Positions 1 through 11,641 are shown, counted from the first letter of the stretch. The stretch: 64,000 nucleotides of DNA from an uncultured Acidimicrobiia bacterium (GCA_965366365.1 CBDUEV010000006.1:1429-65428); one strand, 5' to 3'. Translations and numbers: made by a program. Notes: generated from the letters alone by a model not told the origin.

Positions 1-734
1 AGTTCACCGTCACCAACCGAACCGACCAGGAGTTTTGGTACTGGGGCGTCGTCTACGGATCCGACGGGGCCAAGGGCACCGGGCGTCTCGATGCCAACAA
101 CCCGACCGGCGTCGCCCGGCTCGCCTTGAGTGCCAACGGGGAGAACTTCGAGTCGCCCATCCTGGAAGCCTTCTGGGCGCAGGGCGGCTTCGTCGATGGC
201 AACGACGAGCAGAGTATCTGGCCGCTCACCTACGCGGCCGGAGGTCTCGACTTCGCGCAAGGCAGCACCGACGCCTACGTGTTCGGTTTCACCAAGGATT
301 ACGAATTGACCCTCGACGTGGACGGGAAGCCCACAGTGGCCAGCGGACCCACCTTGATCGTGCAACCAATCAACCTCCCGACGCTGGACCTCGACCTCGG
401 AGTTGCCTCGCCCAAGATCCTCGCCATCGAGGGAGCCGACTTCGTCGACGGACACGGGTTCCAGCTCTATGTGGGAGGGGCGGAGGCCGTCTACCTGTCG
501 TACCGGATCCCCCCCGACGTGGAGGAGGTCGAGATTCAGGACATGTGGGGCGGCGGGCTTCAGAAGAACTTCGCGCTGTACGACTGGACCGCCGGTGAGT
601 TCACCGAGATCAATCCCGCCTCCGTCGACCTGGGACCGTTCCGCGGCCCGACAGGCGAGGTGGTGGCTGAGATCACGTCCAACGAATTCAACGAGATCGT
701 GCCCAATGCCATCCAGATGAGGTGGGACCGATGA
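1..734 (+). CDS. hypothetical protein, 5' end outside window (partial)
   Basis: Frame 3 is open from nt 3 to the stop at 732-734; there is no in-frame stop upstream of track ORF 126..734, whose TTG is only the first in-window start. The 3' end overlaps the GTG start of the ABC ATPase at 722. Confidence 0.5.
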   Translation, partial: FTVTNRTDQEFWYWGVVYGSDGAKGTGRLDANNPTGVARLALSANGENFESPILEAFWAQGGFVDGNDEQSIWPLTYAAGGLDFAQGSTDAYVFGFTKDYELTLDVDGKPTVASGPTLIVQPINLPTLDLDLGVASPKILAIEGADFVDGHGFQLYVGGAEAVYLSYRIPPDVEEVEIQDMWGGGLQKNFALYDWTAGEFTEINPASVDLGPFRGPTGEVVAEITSNEFNEIVPNAIQMRWDR

Positions 735-1702
735 TGGCCGCCCCCGCCCAAGCTCAGCCTTCAGCCGGTTCTGTGATCGTCGAGATGCGGGGCGTGGAAA
801 AGCACTACGGCACGACCACGGCGCTCGGCGGCGCCGACCTCACCATTCGCGAAGGCTCCGTGATGGGGTTGATCGGACCCAACGGCGCCGGGAAGACCAC
901 TTCGATGCTGATCATGTCGTCGCTCTTGGCGCGCGATGGTGGGTCGGTGACGGTGGGCGGTCACGATCCCGCCACCGACCCGGCGTCGGTTCGCCGGATC
1001 CTCGGTTACATGCCTGACTTCTTCGGCGTATACGAGGGTTTGGAGGCCGCCGAATACCTGGACTTCTTCGGTTCGATCCAAGGGCTCCGCCCCAATGCCC
1101 GTCCCCAGGTGGTGGCATCGCTCCTGGACCTGGTCGGGCTGAGCCACAAGGCAGGGGCAGACGTTAACTCGCTCTCACGAGGCATGAAGCAGAGGCTTTC
1201 GCTGGCCCGGGCGTTGGTCCATGACCCCCAACTGCTGGTCCTCGACGAGCCGGCCTCCGGGCTGGACCCCCGCGCCAGATTCGACCTACGCGAGCTCATC
1301 GCCGAGCTGAGCCGCCTCGGCAAGACCGTGGTCATCTCGTCGCACATCCTCGCCGAGCTTCAGGACATCTGCAGTCACCTCGCCGTGATCGACGAGGGCC
1401 AGGTCCTCGCTCAGGGCAGCATCGACGAGATCCGCTCAGCACTCCTCGCCCAGTCGCGAGTCACCGTCCGGGCGGCCGATTCGGACGTGGATTCGGCCGA
1501 CGCCCTGCTCCGCGGTGAGCCGGGTGTTGCGGATGTCCGAACCGAACGAGGGGTCGTACGTTTCTCTCTCAACGGCGACGACGAGGAGTCGGCCCGGCTC
1601 CTCGCCCTCATGTTGAACTCAGGCGTGGCGGTCTACGAATGGCGATTGGAGCGGGCCGGCCTCGAAGAGCTCTTCCTCCAAATCACCAAGGGGACCGAAT
1701 GA
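722..1702 (+). CDS. ABC transporter ATP-binding protein
   Basis: Walker A GPNGAGKTT, ABC signature LSRGMKQRLSLARAL, Walker B LLVLDEPASGLD and H-loop SSH; GTG start. Confidence 0.9.
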   Translation: MGPMMAAPAQAQPSAGSVIVEMRGVEKHYGTTTALGGADLTIREGSVMGLIGPNGAGKTTSMLIMSSLLARDGGSVTVGGHDPATDPASVRRILGYMPDFFGVYEGLEAAEYLDFFGSIQGLRPNARPQVVASLLDLVGLSHKAGADVNSLSRGMKQRLSLARALVHDPQLLVLDEPASGLDPRARFDLRELIAELSRLGKTVVISSHILAELQDICSHLAVIDEGQVLAQGSIDEIRSALLAQSRVTVRAADSDVDSADALLRGEPGVADVRTERGVVRFSLNGDDEESARLLALMLNSGVAVYEWRLERAGLEELFLQITKGTE

Positions 1703-2838
1703 TCCGTCACCGCCTCCTCAACCCGCTCGCCGTTCGGGAGCTCCGGACCCGGTTCCACACCACACGCTCCAACTGGTTTGTGTCCACCTGGCTGCTCTCG
1801 GCCGGCCTGATCGGATACATGCTCTATGCGCTGGCCGGCTACATCGCCGAGAACTCATTCGGGTTTGGTGGAGGGGGCTCGGTTCTGGCCTCGGCCTACA
1901 TGGGTCGACTGCTCTACGAGAGCCTGATCGGCCTGCTGCTCACCGGAGTCCTGGTGATCGTGCCGTCCATCGCCGCCGTGTCCATCGTTGGTGAACGGCA
2001 GCGACTGACGCTGCCACTCCTGCAGGTTTCACAGCTCGGCCCCTTCCGTCTGGTCGCAGGAAAGCTCGTCTCCGCCCTTGCCTACATGCTGCTCCTGCTG
2101 GTGGCGGTCGCCCCCATTCTGTCCGTACCGCTGCTGATCGGCGGAGTCACCATCGTCGACGTTCTCGCCGGTTTGGGCGTCACCGTGGTCGTGGCAGTGG
2201 TGGCCGGGGCCATCGGCCTGTGGGTCTCGGCGCGCGCCCAGTCGGTGCCAGGTGCGGTGGGAGGCGCCTACCTGTGGATCTTCGTCCTCGTGATAGGGAC
2301 AGGCATCCTCGCCGTCGCCGAGGTGAGGCCGTTCCAGCAAGACGAAGGCGAGATCTTCCCGCCCGGCGGCCGGGAGGTGGTCAGCTTGTGGGCGAATCCG
2401 TACATGGCCCTCGTCTCCGCCGTGGAGGAACCCGTCGAGGCCAGCGACGGGTTCGGTGGCTTCTTCCTGCCTCCCACCCCGTTCGATCTGGTCACCGAAC
2501 TCCTCATCCTTCGCCAGAGCGGGAATCGATTCATCGAGCCGGGTTTCGCGGGAGAACCCTTCGCTGCCGACCTCGTCGGGGCCGACGGCGCGCTCAGCGA
2601 ACCAGCATTCCAGGAGGCGCCGCCCGACGGCCAGAACAGAGGACCGCTGTGGGTTCGGTCCATGATCGTCTACGCCGTCATCATCGGTCTCGCCCTCTGG
2701 CGGGCCACGCGACTGGTCAGCGTGCCCAACACGCCCAAACGTCTCATCAGAAAGGGAACGCGGCGAAGAATCGAACCACCCGAGGTCGTCGTGACGCCGC
2801 CACCGTTGCCCGAACAGGTGCCCGATGCCGGTACCTGA
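1699..2838 (+). CDS. ABC-2 type transporter permease
   Basis: Internal ATG (MIRHRLLNPLAVRELR) overlaps the ATPase stop by 4 nt. The product has about 6 hydrophobic TM segments. The track's upstream extension 1639-1698 is judged an overlap artefact. Confidence 0.7.
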   Translation: MIRHRLLNPLAVRELRTRFHTTRSNWFVSTWLLSAGLIGYMLYALAGYIAENSFGFGGGGSVLASAYMGRLLYESLIGLLLTGVLVIVPSIAAVSIVGERQRLTLPLLQVSQLGPFRLVAGKLVSALAYMLLLLVAVAPILSVPLLIGGVTIVDVLAGLGVTVVVAVVAGAIGLWVSARAQSVPGAVGGAYLWIFVLVIGTGILAVAEVRPFQQDEGEIFPPGGREVVSLWANPYMALVSAVEEPVEASDGFGGFFLPPTPFDLVTELLILRQSGNRFIEPGFAGEPFAADLVGADGALSEPAFQEAPPDGQNRGPLWVRSMIVYAVIIGLALWRATRLVSVPNTPKRLIRKGTRRRIEPPEVVVTPPPLPEQVPDAGT

Positions 2839-4422
2839 ACCGATCGCCCGCCTGATCTCTGCGGCCCAGCGACGTCTCACGATCATGCTGGCCGGTCACA
2901 CCTTCTTCTGGATCGTGGGCGTGGTGGCCGCCCTGGCCTCGATCCTGGCCGCACTGGCGCGCCGGATCGTCATCCCGTGGGCGGACCCGGCGATTGCCAT
3001 CGCCTTTGGTTTGGCGGTGGTGGGCGTCGCCGCCGTGGTGTGGCGGGAGCGACCCACACGGCTGACGGCATCCATCGAGCTCGACAACCGGCTCGACTCG
3101 AAGGACCGGATGACCACCGCCGTCGAGCGCCTCGCCTCGGGCGGCCCCCTCACCGATCTCGAGGCGCGCCAGGTGGAGAGCTCAACCGCCTGGGCCACCC
3201 AGCGATCGTTGGACGGATTCGGACCGCGGTTCCCGCATAGGACCCTTCCGTGGTTGACCATCCTGGCCGTCGCCTCGGTCCTGGTGCTCACCCTCTTTCC
3301 CTCGCCGGCCGACGCCGTCGCCGCGGAGAGAAGAGCCACTGCGGCCATCATCGAAGCCGAGGCCACGGCGCTCGAAGAGACCGCCGAGACCCTTCCGGAG
3401 GAGGTCGCCGAGCAGTTGCGAGCCATCGCCGAACGACTACGGGAGGCCCAGACGCTCGAGGCCGCGGTCTCCGAACTGGCCGAGGCGCGCCAAGAACTCG
3501 CCGAGACGGCCGATCCGACTGCCCTTCCCAAGAAGACTGCACTGGCCGGTCTCCAGCGTCGACTCGAACAGAACCCGCTGGCCGAGGGCGCTTCCCTGGC
3601 CGAGATGATTGCATCACTGGCGGCCAGCCTTCCCGGCGCCACCGAGGAGGAGCGGGCCGATCTGGCCCGCGAACTCGCCGAACGAGCTTCCGATTTCGCC
3701 GGGATCGACGAGGAGATGGCCACTCTGCTCGAACAGGCAGCCGCCACCATCCGTGTCGGGGAGGGGGCACAGCAACTCGAACAGCTAGCCGCGGCCGCCG
3801 CGGCGGCAGCCGCCGACGCCGCCGAGGGCGATGCCCGGACCAACGCCTCCGCGCGTGTCCGTGACGCACAGCGGGCCCTCTCGAACGCCCAGGCCGCCCA
3901 GTCGCAGGGCGCAGGAGCAGGCCAGGGGGAAGGCGAAGGCCAGGGACAAGGTCAGGGCCAAGGACAGGGACAAGGTGAGGGCGAAGGACAAGGTGAGGGC
4001 CAAGGACAAGGTCAGGGCCAAGGACAAGGTCAGGGACAGGGCGCCGGCGGGCAGGTGACGGGCGGCAACACCTCCGGTGGCGGAGGAAACGCCGGTGGGC
4101 CTGTCACCGGTGGCAGCGGAACCGGGGGACTCGGACGAGGCGGATTCGGTGACAACGACGCCCCGGAGAACCCGATGAGGGGCGAGATCGTCGACCCGTC
4201 CGCCGTCGCTTCCTCCGAGGAGGTGCGGGTCGACGTGAACGGAAACCTCTTGGGCGACACCGTCGGAACGGCCGAGGGGGCAGGGCTGCCCAACCTACCC
4301 ACCGTGCCGTACCAGGACCTCTTCACCGAATACCAGCAGGCGGCATTGGAATCGCTCGACGCGCTCTCCGTACCTCCTGCCCTCCGCCAGATCGTCAGCA
4401 ACTATTTCACGGAGTTGGAGCC

Positions 4423-4426
<4 letters not shown>
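2825..4426 (+). CDS. MoxR-operon membrane protein with coiled-coil region, (GQ/GE)n repeat and Gly-rich tract
   Basis: Two N-terminal TM helices, an Ala/Glu-rich helical region, a pure GQGEGEGQGQ repeat at residues ~362-407, then a GGxGG tract. ATGA overlap with moxR at 4423. Confidence 0.6.
3908..4045 (+). repeat. in-frame coding tandem repeat (18-bp and 6-bp units) encoding a (GQ/GE)n tract
   Basis: GGCCAAGGACAAGGTCAG-type units are repeated; the antisense frame gives the LALTLSLALTLS artefact ORF 3785..4027. Confidence 0.8.
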
Positions 4427-5388
<962 letters not shown>

Positions 5389-5414
5389 GTGGCCTCCTCG
5401 GCGTCGAGTTCCTG

Positions 5415-6284
5415 ATGCTGCTCGAGCCGGAGCTGCGCGGCCGCCTCGAGCGCCTCTCCCTGCGGTCCCGACGACGGGTACGGGGCATGTGGTCCGGCGC
5501 CCACGCCTCCACCCAGCACGGTGATTCCATGGACTTCGCCGACTACCGCGAGTACACCCCAGGCGACGACTTCCGACGGATCGACCACGCTTTGTGGGCG
5601 CGCCTCGGCGTGGTGCTGGTGAGGCTCTTCGAGGCGGAGGATGAGTTGCCGGTGCGATTGGTGATCGATCGATCGGCCTCGATGGAGTTCGGCGGGAAAC
5701 TCGACTCCGCCAAGCGGCTTGCCGCCATGGTGTCGTATCTGGCCCTGGCCGGTGGAGATCGGATCTTCCCGTACACCACCCCCGGCGAGGGCGGCCGCCC
5801 GCTTCTCCCCGCCCCGCCGGCACGGCACCTCGGCGCCTGGCCGCGTTTGGAGGGATGGCTGGAAGGGCTCCAGCCAGAAGGCCAGGACCGGTTGGGGTCG
5901 GCGGCGCTGGAGATTGCCGGGCAAGGCTCCACGCGGGGCCCGGTGGTGGTGATCTCCGACCTGCTCAGCCGTGAATGGGAGTCCGCCCTGGGTGCCCTCG
6001 GAGCGGCCGGAGGGGGCTTGATCCTCCAGGTGCTCGCCCCCGAAGAACTCGACCCAGACCTCGCCGGCGACCTCCACCTGGTGGACGCCGAGACGGGCTC
6101 CACCATCGACATCAGCACGTCGACCGAGACCATGCAGCGCTACCGGGACGGGCTTGACGCCTTCCTCGCCAACGTCGCTGGACGGGCCCGTCGCAACGGT
6201 CTCGATCACGTCCTGGTCCCGGCCACGCCGGATGCAGTCACCCGGGCCCTCGACGCCCTCGCCGCCCAGCAGGTCGTCCGGTGA
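5415..6284 (+). CDS. DUF58 domain protein (MoxR-associated)
   Basis: DUF58 signature HGDSMDFADYREYTPGDDFRRIDHALWAR; it directly follows moxR. Confidence 0.85.
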   Translation: MLLEPELRGRLERLSLRSRRRVRGMWSGAHASTQHGDSMDFADYREYTPGDDFRRIDHALWARLGVVLVRLFEAEDELPVRLVIDRSASMEFGGKLDSAKRLAAMVSYLALAGGDRIFPYTTPGEGGRPLLPAPPARHLGAWPRLEGWLEGLQPEGQDRLGSAALEIAGQGSTRGPVVVISDLLSREWESALGALGAAGGGLILQVLAPEELDPDLAGDLHLVDAETGSTIDISTSTETMQRYRDGLDAFLANVAGRARRNGLDHVLVPATPDAVTRALDALAAQQVVR

Positions 6285-8086
6285 GCTTCCTCGCCCCCGC
6301 CGCCTTTGCCCTGGCCGCGCTGGTCGGTCCGCTCGTGGTCCTCTACATGCTGCGGAGCCGGAGGCGCCGGGTCGTGGTTCCCTCCACGATGCTGTGGGAA
6401 CAGGCCGGGGTCCCCGTCTCTTCGGCCGTGCCGTGGCAGAGGCTCAAGACCACGCCGTTGTTGTGGCTCCAGATCGCTGTGCTGCTCCTCCTGGCGGTGG
6501 CTCTGGCCAGACCGTTCATCACCCAGGAATCACTTCTCGGACCGCACACCGTCATCGTGATCGACACCTCTGGCTCGATGGCTATGGGCTCACGATGGGA
6601 GGACGCCAGCTCCCGAGCCCTGGGTCTGGCCGAGGACGTCAGCGACGCCAACCTGGTCTCGGTGGTCGAGGCGGGTCCGGCGCCCAGGGTGGTGGTGGCC
6701 TTCTCTCGAGATCCAGCTGCCGTGGCGACGGCCATCAACGAGCTACGCCCCACCGGCGGTCTGGAGAACCTGGACCTGGCGCTCCGACTGGCCCGCGGCC
6801 TCGAAACGCCGGACCGACCCACGTCGATTCTTCTCCTCACCGACGGCGGACCCGAAGGCACGACGCTCGCTGCGGAGCCCATCCTCGGCGCCCAGCAGCT
6901 CCGCTTCGACGACCTCGAAGACAACGTCGGGATTTCGGCGTTCTCGACGGAGCCGTCCAGCGAGGGAGAGCTCCGGCTGTTCCTGGAACTCTCCAACTGG
7001 AGCGAGGAGGAACGCACCGCTCGGGTAGAAATCACCATCAACGACCTCCCTGCCCTGATCACCCCTGTCCCGATGGGTCGGCTGGGGAGGGGAAGGGCCA
7101 CCATCCCCATCGATGCAGAACCAGGGGACGTGGTCCGGGCGGCCATCGTCGACTCGGCCGACGGCAACACTCTCGACGATGTCGCCGTCCTCACCGTGCC
7201 CGTCCCCCGGGCCACCACGGTGGCTTTGACCGGAGAGGGATCGGCGTTCCTCGACGCATTGATCCGTTCCCTACCCGACTTCGTGCCGACTGTCGACGAC
7301 GGAGACATCATGATCATGGATGGCGCCACCGGCGGTGTCTTCGACCGACCGATGTGGATGATCGCGCCTGACGATCCGCCCGAGGGCATCGTCGTCACGG
7401 GTGCCGTTCAGAATGCCGTCGTGACGTTCCAGCAGCCGGGCGAGCCCTTGCTGGATGACCTCGACATGGCAGAACTGGTGGTCGGAGAAGCGCAGACCGT
7501 CGAAGCCTTTGGCTGGCTGCCGCTCGTCAAGGCAGGCGACGTACCGCTCGTGCTCCTCGGGGAGGTGGGTGGACACCGCACGATCTACTTCACCTTTGAT
7601 CTCACCGAGTCCAACCTGCCGGTGCTGGTCTCCTTTCCGATACTCGGCTCTCGGATCCTCGAGTATCTGGCCGGGGCCAACGCGGCCAGTGTCGTCGTCG
7701 AGGCAGCAGGACAACCCATTCCCCTCGCTCCTCCGGCAGGATCCGAGAGCCGGGTGGTCACCCCGGACGGCGAAACGGTGCCGGTGCCCGCAGGGGCCAC
7801 CGTCTTCTCGGATACGGGTCAGCCCGGTCTCTATCGGATCCACTACGTCGACGCCGAGGGCGCCGTCAGCGACGGACCGGTGGCGATCAGGGCTTTCGTC
7901 CCGAGCGAATCGGCCGGCGATTTCCGTACCATCGCCGTTACTCCGTCCGCCGAGGTGGAAGCGGATCGGGGCACCCTCGTTCAGGAGTGGGCTGTGTGGT
8001 TTCTGGCCAGCGTGCTGACGCTCCTCCTCCTCGAATGGTGGGTCGGCCACCGCCGCCCCGTCCGCACCCGGGAGGTCCCGGCTTGA
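6281..8086 (+). CDS. BatA-like membrane protein with von Willebrand factor A domain
   Basis: GTGA overlap with the DUF58 stop. N-terminal TM plus Arg-rich stop-transfer (LVVLYMLRSRRRRVVVPSTMLWEQ), MIDAS motif VIVIDTSGSMA, and a C-terminal TM. Confidence 0.8.
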   Translation: MSFLAPAAFALAALVGPLVVLYMLRSRRRRVVVPSTMLWEQAGVPVSSAVPWQRLKTTPLLWLQIAVLLLLAVALARPFITQESLLGPHTVIVIDTSGSMAMGSRWEDASSRALGLAEDVSDANLVSVVEAGPAPRVVVAFSRDPAAVATAINELRPTGGLENLDLALRLARGLETPDRPTSILLLTDGGPEGTTLAAEPILGAQQLRFDDLEDNVGISAFSTEPSSEGELRLFLELSNWSEEERTARVEITINDLPALITPVPMGRLGRGRATIPIDAEPGDVVRAAIVDSADGNTLDDVAVLTVPVPRATTVALTGEGSAFLDALIRSLPDFVPTVDDGDIMIMDGATGGVFDRPMWMIAPDDPPEGIVVTGAVQNAVVTFQQPGEPLLDDLDMAELVVGEAQTVEAFGWLPLVKAGDVPLVLLGEVGGHRTIYFTFDLTESNLPVLVSFPILGSRILEYLAGANAASVVVEAAGQPIPLAPPAGSESRVVTPDGETVPVPAGATVFSDTGQPGLYRIHYVDAEGAVSDGPVAIRAFVPSESAGDFRTIAVTPSAEVEADRGTLVQEWAVWFLASVLTLLLLEWWVGHRRPVRTREVPA

Positions 8087-10773
8087 GATTCGTCAACCTC
8101 TGGTGGCTGGTGCTGATTCCGCTGGTGTGGGCCGTGGTGGTGCTCGTCTCCCGTCTCGGGACACGCACCGTTCCGGTCCGCCAACACCGGTGGGCCGTGG
8201 GAGTTCGACTGGTGGTGGTCAGTCTGCTCGTCCTCGCTCTTTCGGGGCCGCTCCTCGTCCGCCCCGTCGATACGAACGCGGTGTTCTTCGTCGTCGACCG
8301 GTCCGCATCGATCCCCAGCGAGGCTCGCCTGGCCCAGGACGAATACCTGAACGAAGCACTGGACGGGGCCGCCCCGGGCACGGTGTCGGGGGTCCTGGTC
8401 TTCGGCGCAGAGAGCCGGGTGGATGCGCCTCTGCGAGCCGATCGGGCGTCTTCTGCCATCGCCACCGTCGTCGACGCCTCCGCCACGGACCTCGCCTCCG
8501 CCTTGCGCGCCGTCGGGGCACTGCTCCCCTCCGAGGGATCCCGCCGCGTCGTCGTTCTGACCGACAGCGTCCCGACGGTGGGTGACGCCCGCTTGGCGGC
8601 CGGGGAGTTGGCCGAGCGCGATATCGCCGTCGATGTCGTCCGCGTCGAAACCGGACGTGGCGCCGACGTACTCGTCGAGGCGATCGACTTGCCTCCCTCG
8701 GTCCGAGAAGGCGATACGGTCACGGCAACCATTCGTGTGCGGTCGAACGTAGCCACATCCGCCGACTTGACGGTCACCGGCAGCTCCGGCGTGGTCATCC
8801 AGGTCCCCGCCGATCTCGTGCCCGGCCGGAACGAGGTGGAGGTGTCCATCCCGGCGGAGGAATCCGGGGTACTGGTGGTGGAGGCTCGGGTGGCGACCGA
8901 CGACGACACGCGACCGGAGAACAACACCGCCGAGGGTCTCACCCGGGTCCTGGGCCCGGCCAACGTCCTCCTCGTCGAGGGTCGCCTCGGGGAGGCCGCC
9001 CAACTCGCTGACGCCCTGGCGGCGGGAGGAGTCAACGTCGAGATCTCCACGGCCATCCCCGACGAAGGGGCCCTGCTCCGCTATGACGCCCTCCTCCTGG
9101 TCAACGTCCCCGCCCCGGACGATCCCACCGCAGCGGCGGTGGCCTCCTACGTCGAAGATCTCGGTCGCGGGTTGGTGGTGGTGGGCGGAGATCAAGCCTT
9201 CGGGATGGGTGGGTATGGAACCTCGCCCCTCGAGTCTGTGCTTCCGGTCCGCTCCAACCCCGAGGACCTGGTGCGACGCCAACCCGTTGCGGAGGTGCTC
9301 GTGATCGACACATCGGGGTCGATGGGCGCCTGCCACTGCGACGGAACAACGTCGGCCGAAGGAGGCGTCAACAAGACCGACCTGAGCCGGGCGGGGGCAT
9401 CACAGGCCATCGGAGCGTTGGAGGACACCGATCTGGTGGGGGTGGTGGCTGTGTCGTCGGGCGTGGACTGGGTGATCCCGCTGGCGCCAAAACCATCCGA
9501 GGCGGCCACCAACGAAGCCCTCGGCGGTCTCCTCGCCGACGGCAACACCGAGATCGCCAACGGTCTCCAGGCCGCCCTCGACGAACTGAGCGGGGTCGAC
9601 GATGCCTTGCGGCACATCGTGCTCTTCACCGACGGATGGGACCCGAACGAAAACGGGCTACTTCCCCTAGCCAGGGAGATCGCCGACGCCGGAATCACTC
9701 TTTCCGTCCTGGGTACCGGAGAAGGGCCGGGGTCGACGCTGCAACGAATGGCTGCCGTGGGGGGTGGCCGATACTACCCCGGGACGGATCTCGGGAGTAT
9801 CCCCGAGATCTTCGTCGAGGAGACCCTCACCGTTTCCCGAAACCTGATCGAAGAAGGCGTGTTCGCGCCGATCCTCGCCAGCCGCTCGCAGGTGACGGCC
9901 GAACTCGCCGCCGCACCGCCTTTGTATGGTTATGTGCTGACAAAACCCAAAGGCACTGCGTCACTCCCGTTGCTGGTCGGCCAGGATGACCCTCTGCTCG
10001 CCACGTGGCAGCGGGGTCTGGGCAGGGCCACTGCGTGGACCTCGGATGCCACCACCCGCTGGTCGGCGGACTGGACGGGTTGGGATGGATACGTGTCGTT
10101 CTGGGGGGCCGTGCTGCGCGACGTCCTCCCCGCCACGCTCGACATCCCCCCGGAGGTGCGAGTCAATGAGGGAACCCTGGAGATCGGCTTCGACGCCGGA
10201 GAGATTCCTCTGGACGCATCGGCCGTGGCACGGGTGCGACGCCCCGACGGCGAATTGAGCCTCGTGCCTCTCCAGCGGACAGGTGCTTCCACCTTCGCCG
10301 GGACCGCCGACGCTCCGTCCCCGGGTGCGTATTGGGTCTCGGTGACGGTCGACGGTGCTGGCGGGACTCTGATGTCCGCCTCGTCGGGGGCCATCTCGAG
10401 CTACGAAGAGGAATTCGCGTTTCGAGACCCGGACGAAACGCTCGCCGGCGACCTGACCGAGATCACCGGGGGCCGAATCGATCCGCCCGCCTCGGAAGCC
10501 TTCGCTCCCGCCCCGAAAGTGGGAGGAGCAGAGACCCCGGTGTGGCCGTGGCTGACCACGCTGGCCATGGTGCTCTTCCTGGTCGACGTGGCTCTCCGCC
10601 GTCTGGTCTTTTCCGCCGGAGACGGCGAGGTTTGGCGTGCAGTCGTCAGACATCCGACCGCTCCTCTCCCGGAAGTGGACCCTTCTACCGGCGAAATCAG
10701 CCAGGCTCCCCCGGCCGGTCCGGCGCCGGAGGCCGAAACGGTGGGCCACCTTCTCCGCAGAAAGAACCGGTGA
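8083..10773 (+). CDS. large membrane-anchored protein with two VWA domains and a class-I glutamine-amidotransferase-like domain
   Basis: TTG start overlapping the upstream stop. MIDAS-like VFFVVDRSASI and VIDTSGSMGACHCDG. Central block LLVEGR..ALLLVNVPAP..GRGLVVVGGDQAFG resembles the DJ-1/ThuA fold. C-terminal TM. Confidence 0.7.
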   Translation: MRFVNLWWLVLIPLVWAVVVLVSRLGTRTVPVRQHRWAVGVRLVVVSLLVLALSGPLLVRPVDTNAVFFVVDRSASIPSEARLAQDEYLNEALDGAAPGTVSGVLVFGAESRVDAPLRADRASSAIATVVDASATDLASALRAVGALLPSEGSRRVVVLTDSVPTVGDARLAAGELAERDIAVDVVRVETGRGADVLVEAIDLPPSVREGDTVTATIRVRSNVATSADLTVTGSSGVVIQVPADLVPGRNEVEVSIPAEESGVLVVEARVATDDDTRPENNTAEGLTRVLGPANVLLVEGRLGEAAQLADALAAGGVNVEISTAIPDEGALLRYDALLLVNVPAPDDPTAAAVASYVEDLGRGLVVVGGDQAFGMGGYGTSPLESVLPVRSNPEDLVRRQPVAEVLVIDTSGSMGACHCDGTTSAEGGVNKTDLSRAGASQAIGALEDTDLVGVVAVSSGVDWVIPLAPKPSEAATNEALGGLLADGNTEIANGLQAALDELSGVDDALRHIVLFTDGWDPNENGLLPLAREIADAGITLSVLGTGEGPGSTLQRMAAVGGGRYYPGTDLGSIPEIFVEETLTVSRNLIEEGVFAPILASRSQVTAELAAAPPLYGYVLTKPKGTASLPLLVGQDDPLLATWQRGLGRATAWTSDATTRWSADWTGWDGYVSFWGAVLRDVLPATLDIPPEVRVNEGTLEIGFDAGEIPLDASAVARVRRPDGELSLVPLQRTGASTFAGTADAPSPGAYWVSVTVDGAGGTLMSASSGAISSYEEEFAFRDPDETLAGDLTEITGGRIDPPASEAFAPAPKVGGAETPVWPWLTTLAMVLFLVDVALRRLVFSAGDGEVWRAVVRHPTAPLPEVDPSTGEISQAPPAGPAPEAETVGHLLRRKNR

Positions 10774-10873
10774 CCCTGACCACATAGGGCCGGCCGGAAC
10801 ACCGGGTGCCGGCTGCCCGCCCCGACGAGGCCCGCCCTGAGGGCGACTGACCCCGACAACGAGGTATCGTGGG

Positions 10874-11641
10874 TTGATGCTCATCGGTGCCCACGTCGGA
10901 ACCTCCGACCCTCTCGCTTCCGCCGCCGCCCGTGACGCCGACCTCGTCCAAGTTTTCCTCTCGAACCCTCAGTCGTGGAAGAAACCCACACCGCGGAACG
11001 ACGTCGAGGCCCTCCTCGCCGCCGACGTCGGCATCTATGTTCATGCGCCCTATCTCATCAATCTGGTGTCCGGTAACAACCGGGTCAGGATTCCCAGCCG
11101 CAAGATCCTCCAGGATTCGGCGGATGCGGCATCGGCCATCGGCGCCCGGGGCCTGATCGTTCACGGCGGCCACATGACCGGCGATGACCCCGATCCCGAG
11201 GAAGAGGGCTTCGATCGCTGGCGCAAGGCTCTCGAGGCGGTTGAAACCGATGTTCCGATCCTCATCGAGAACACAGCCGGAGGCACCGTAGCCATGGCTC
11301 GGGACGTGGAAGTGATCGGACGCCTTTGGGACGCCATCGGACATCTCGGGCCCGGCTTCTGCCTCGACACCTGCCACGCCTGGGCGGCCGGACAGGAGTT
11401 CGACGGGTTGGTGGACCGCGTGGTGGCGGCCACAGGGCGCATCGACCTCGTCCACTGCAACGACTCCAAAGACCCGTTCGACAGCCGGAGGGACCGACAC
11501 CAGAACCTCGGTCACGGACAGATCCCACCTGACGCTCTCTTGGAGGTCGTTCGGGCCGCCGACGCACCGGTCATCGTGGAGACACCGGGCGGAGCGGACG
11601 AACAAAGTGCCGATATCGCCTGGCTGCGAGAAGAGCTCTAG
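10874..11641 (+). CDS. nfo: deoxyribonuclease IV (endonuclease IV, AP endonuclease family 2)
   Basis: Metal-binding motifs [27 protein letters not shown] and LGHGQI. Confidence 0.85.
   Translation: MMLIGAHVGTSDPLASAAARDADLVQVFLSNPQSWKKPTPRNDVEALLAADVGIYVHAPYLINLVSGNNRVRIPSRKILQDSADAASAIGARGLIVHGGHMTGDDPDPEEEGFDRWRKALEAVETDVPILIENTAGGTVAMARDVEVIGRLWDAIGHLGPGFCLDTCHAWAAGQEFDGLVDRVVAATGRIDLVHCNDSKDPFDSRRDRHQNLGHGQIPPDALLEVVRAADAPVIVETPGGADEQSADIAWLREEL

Noticed and set aside
35-598. Track ORF 35..598 (+) at the window start
   Set aside because: It is in a different frame from the motif-bearing open frame that runs from nt 3 to 734 and has a low-complexity Arg-rich translation.
3785-4027. ORF encoding LALTLSLALTLS repeats on the minus strand
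   Set aside because: It is the mirror image of the (GQ/GE)n coding repeat on the plus strand; the plus-strand gene is embedded in a coupled operon and has conserved flanking sequence.
7981-9336. Long antisense ORFs (7981..9336 -, 7938..9056 -, 4402..5823 -, 5304..6209 -, 6343..7398 -, 10697..11605 -, 2029..2886 - and many similar) overlapping well-supported genes
   Set aside because: In a ~70% GC genome the reverse frames of real genes are frequently open. These ORFs translate to Arg/Gly/Pro-rich low-complexity products with no motifs and overlap genes with clear domain signatures on the other strand.
10774-10873. GC-rich hairpins after the VWA operon (GCCGGC..GCCGGC and CGCCC-TGA-GGGCG)
   Set aside because: They are stem-capable but lack a U-tract. 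They are possibly a factor-dependent or weak terminator and are not distinctive enough to call.
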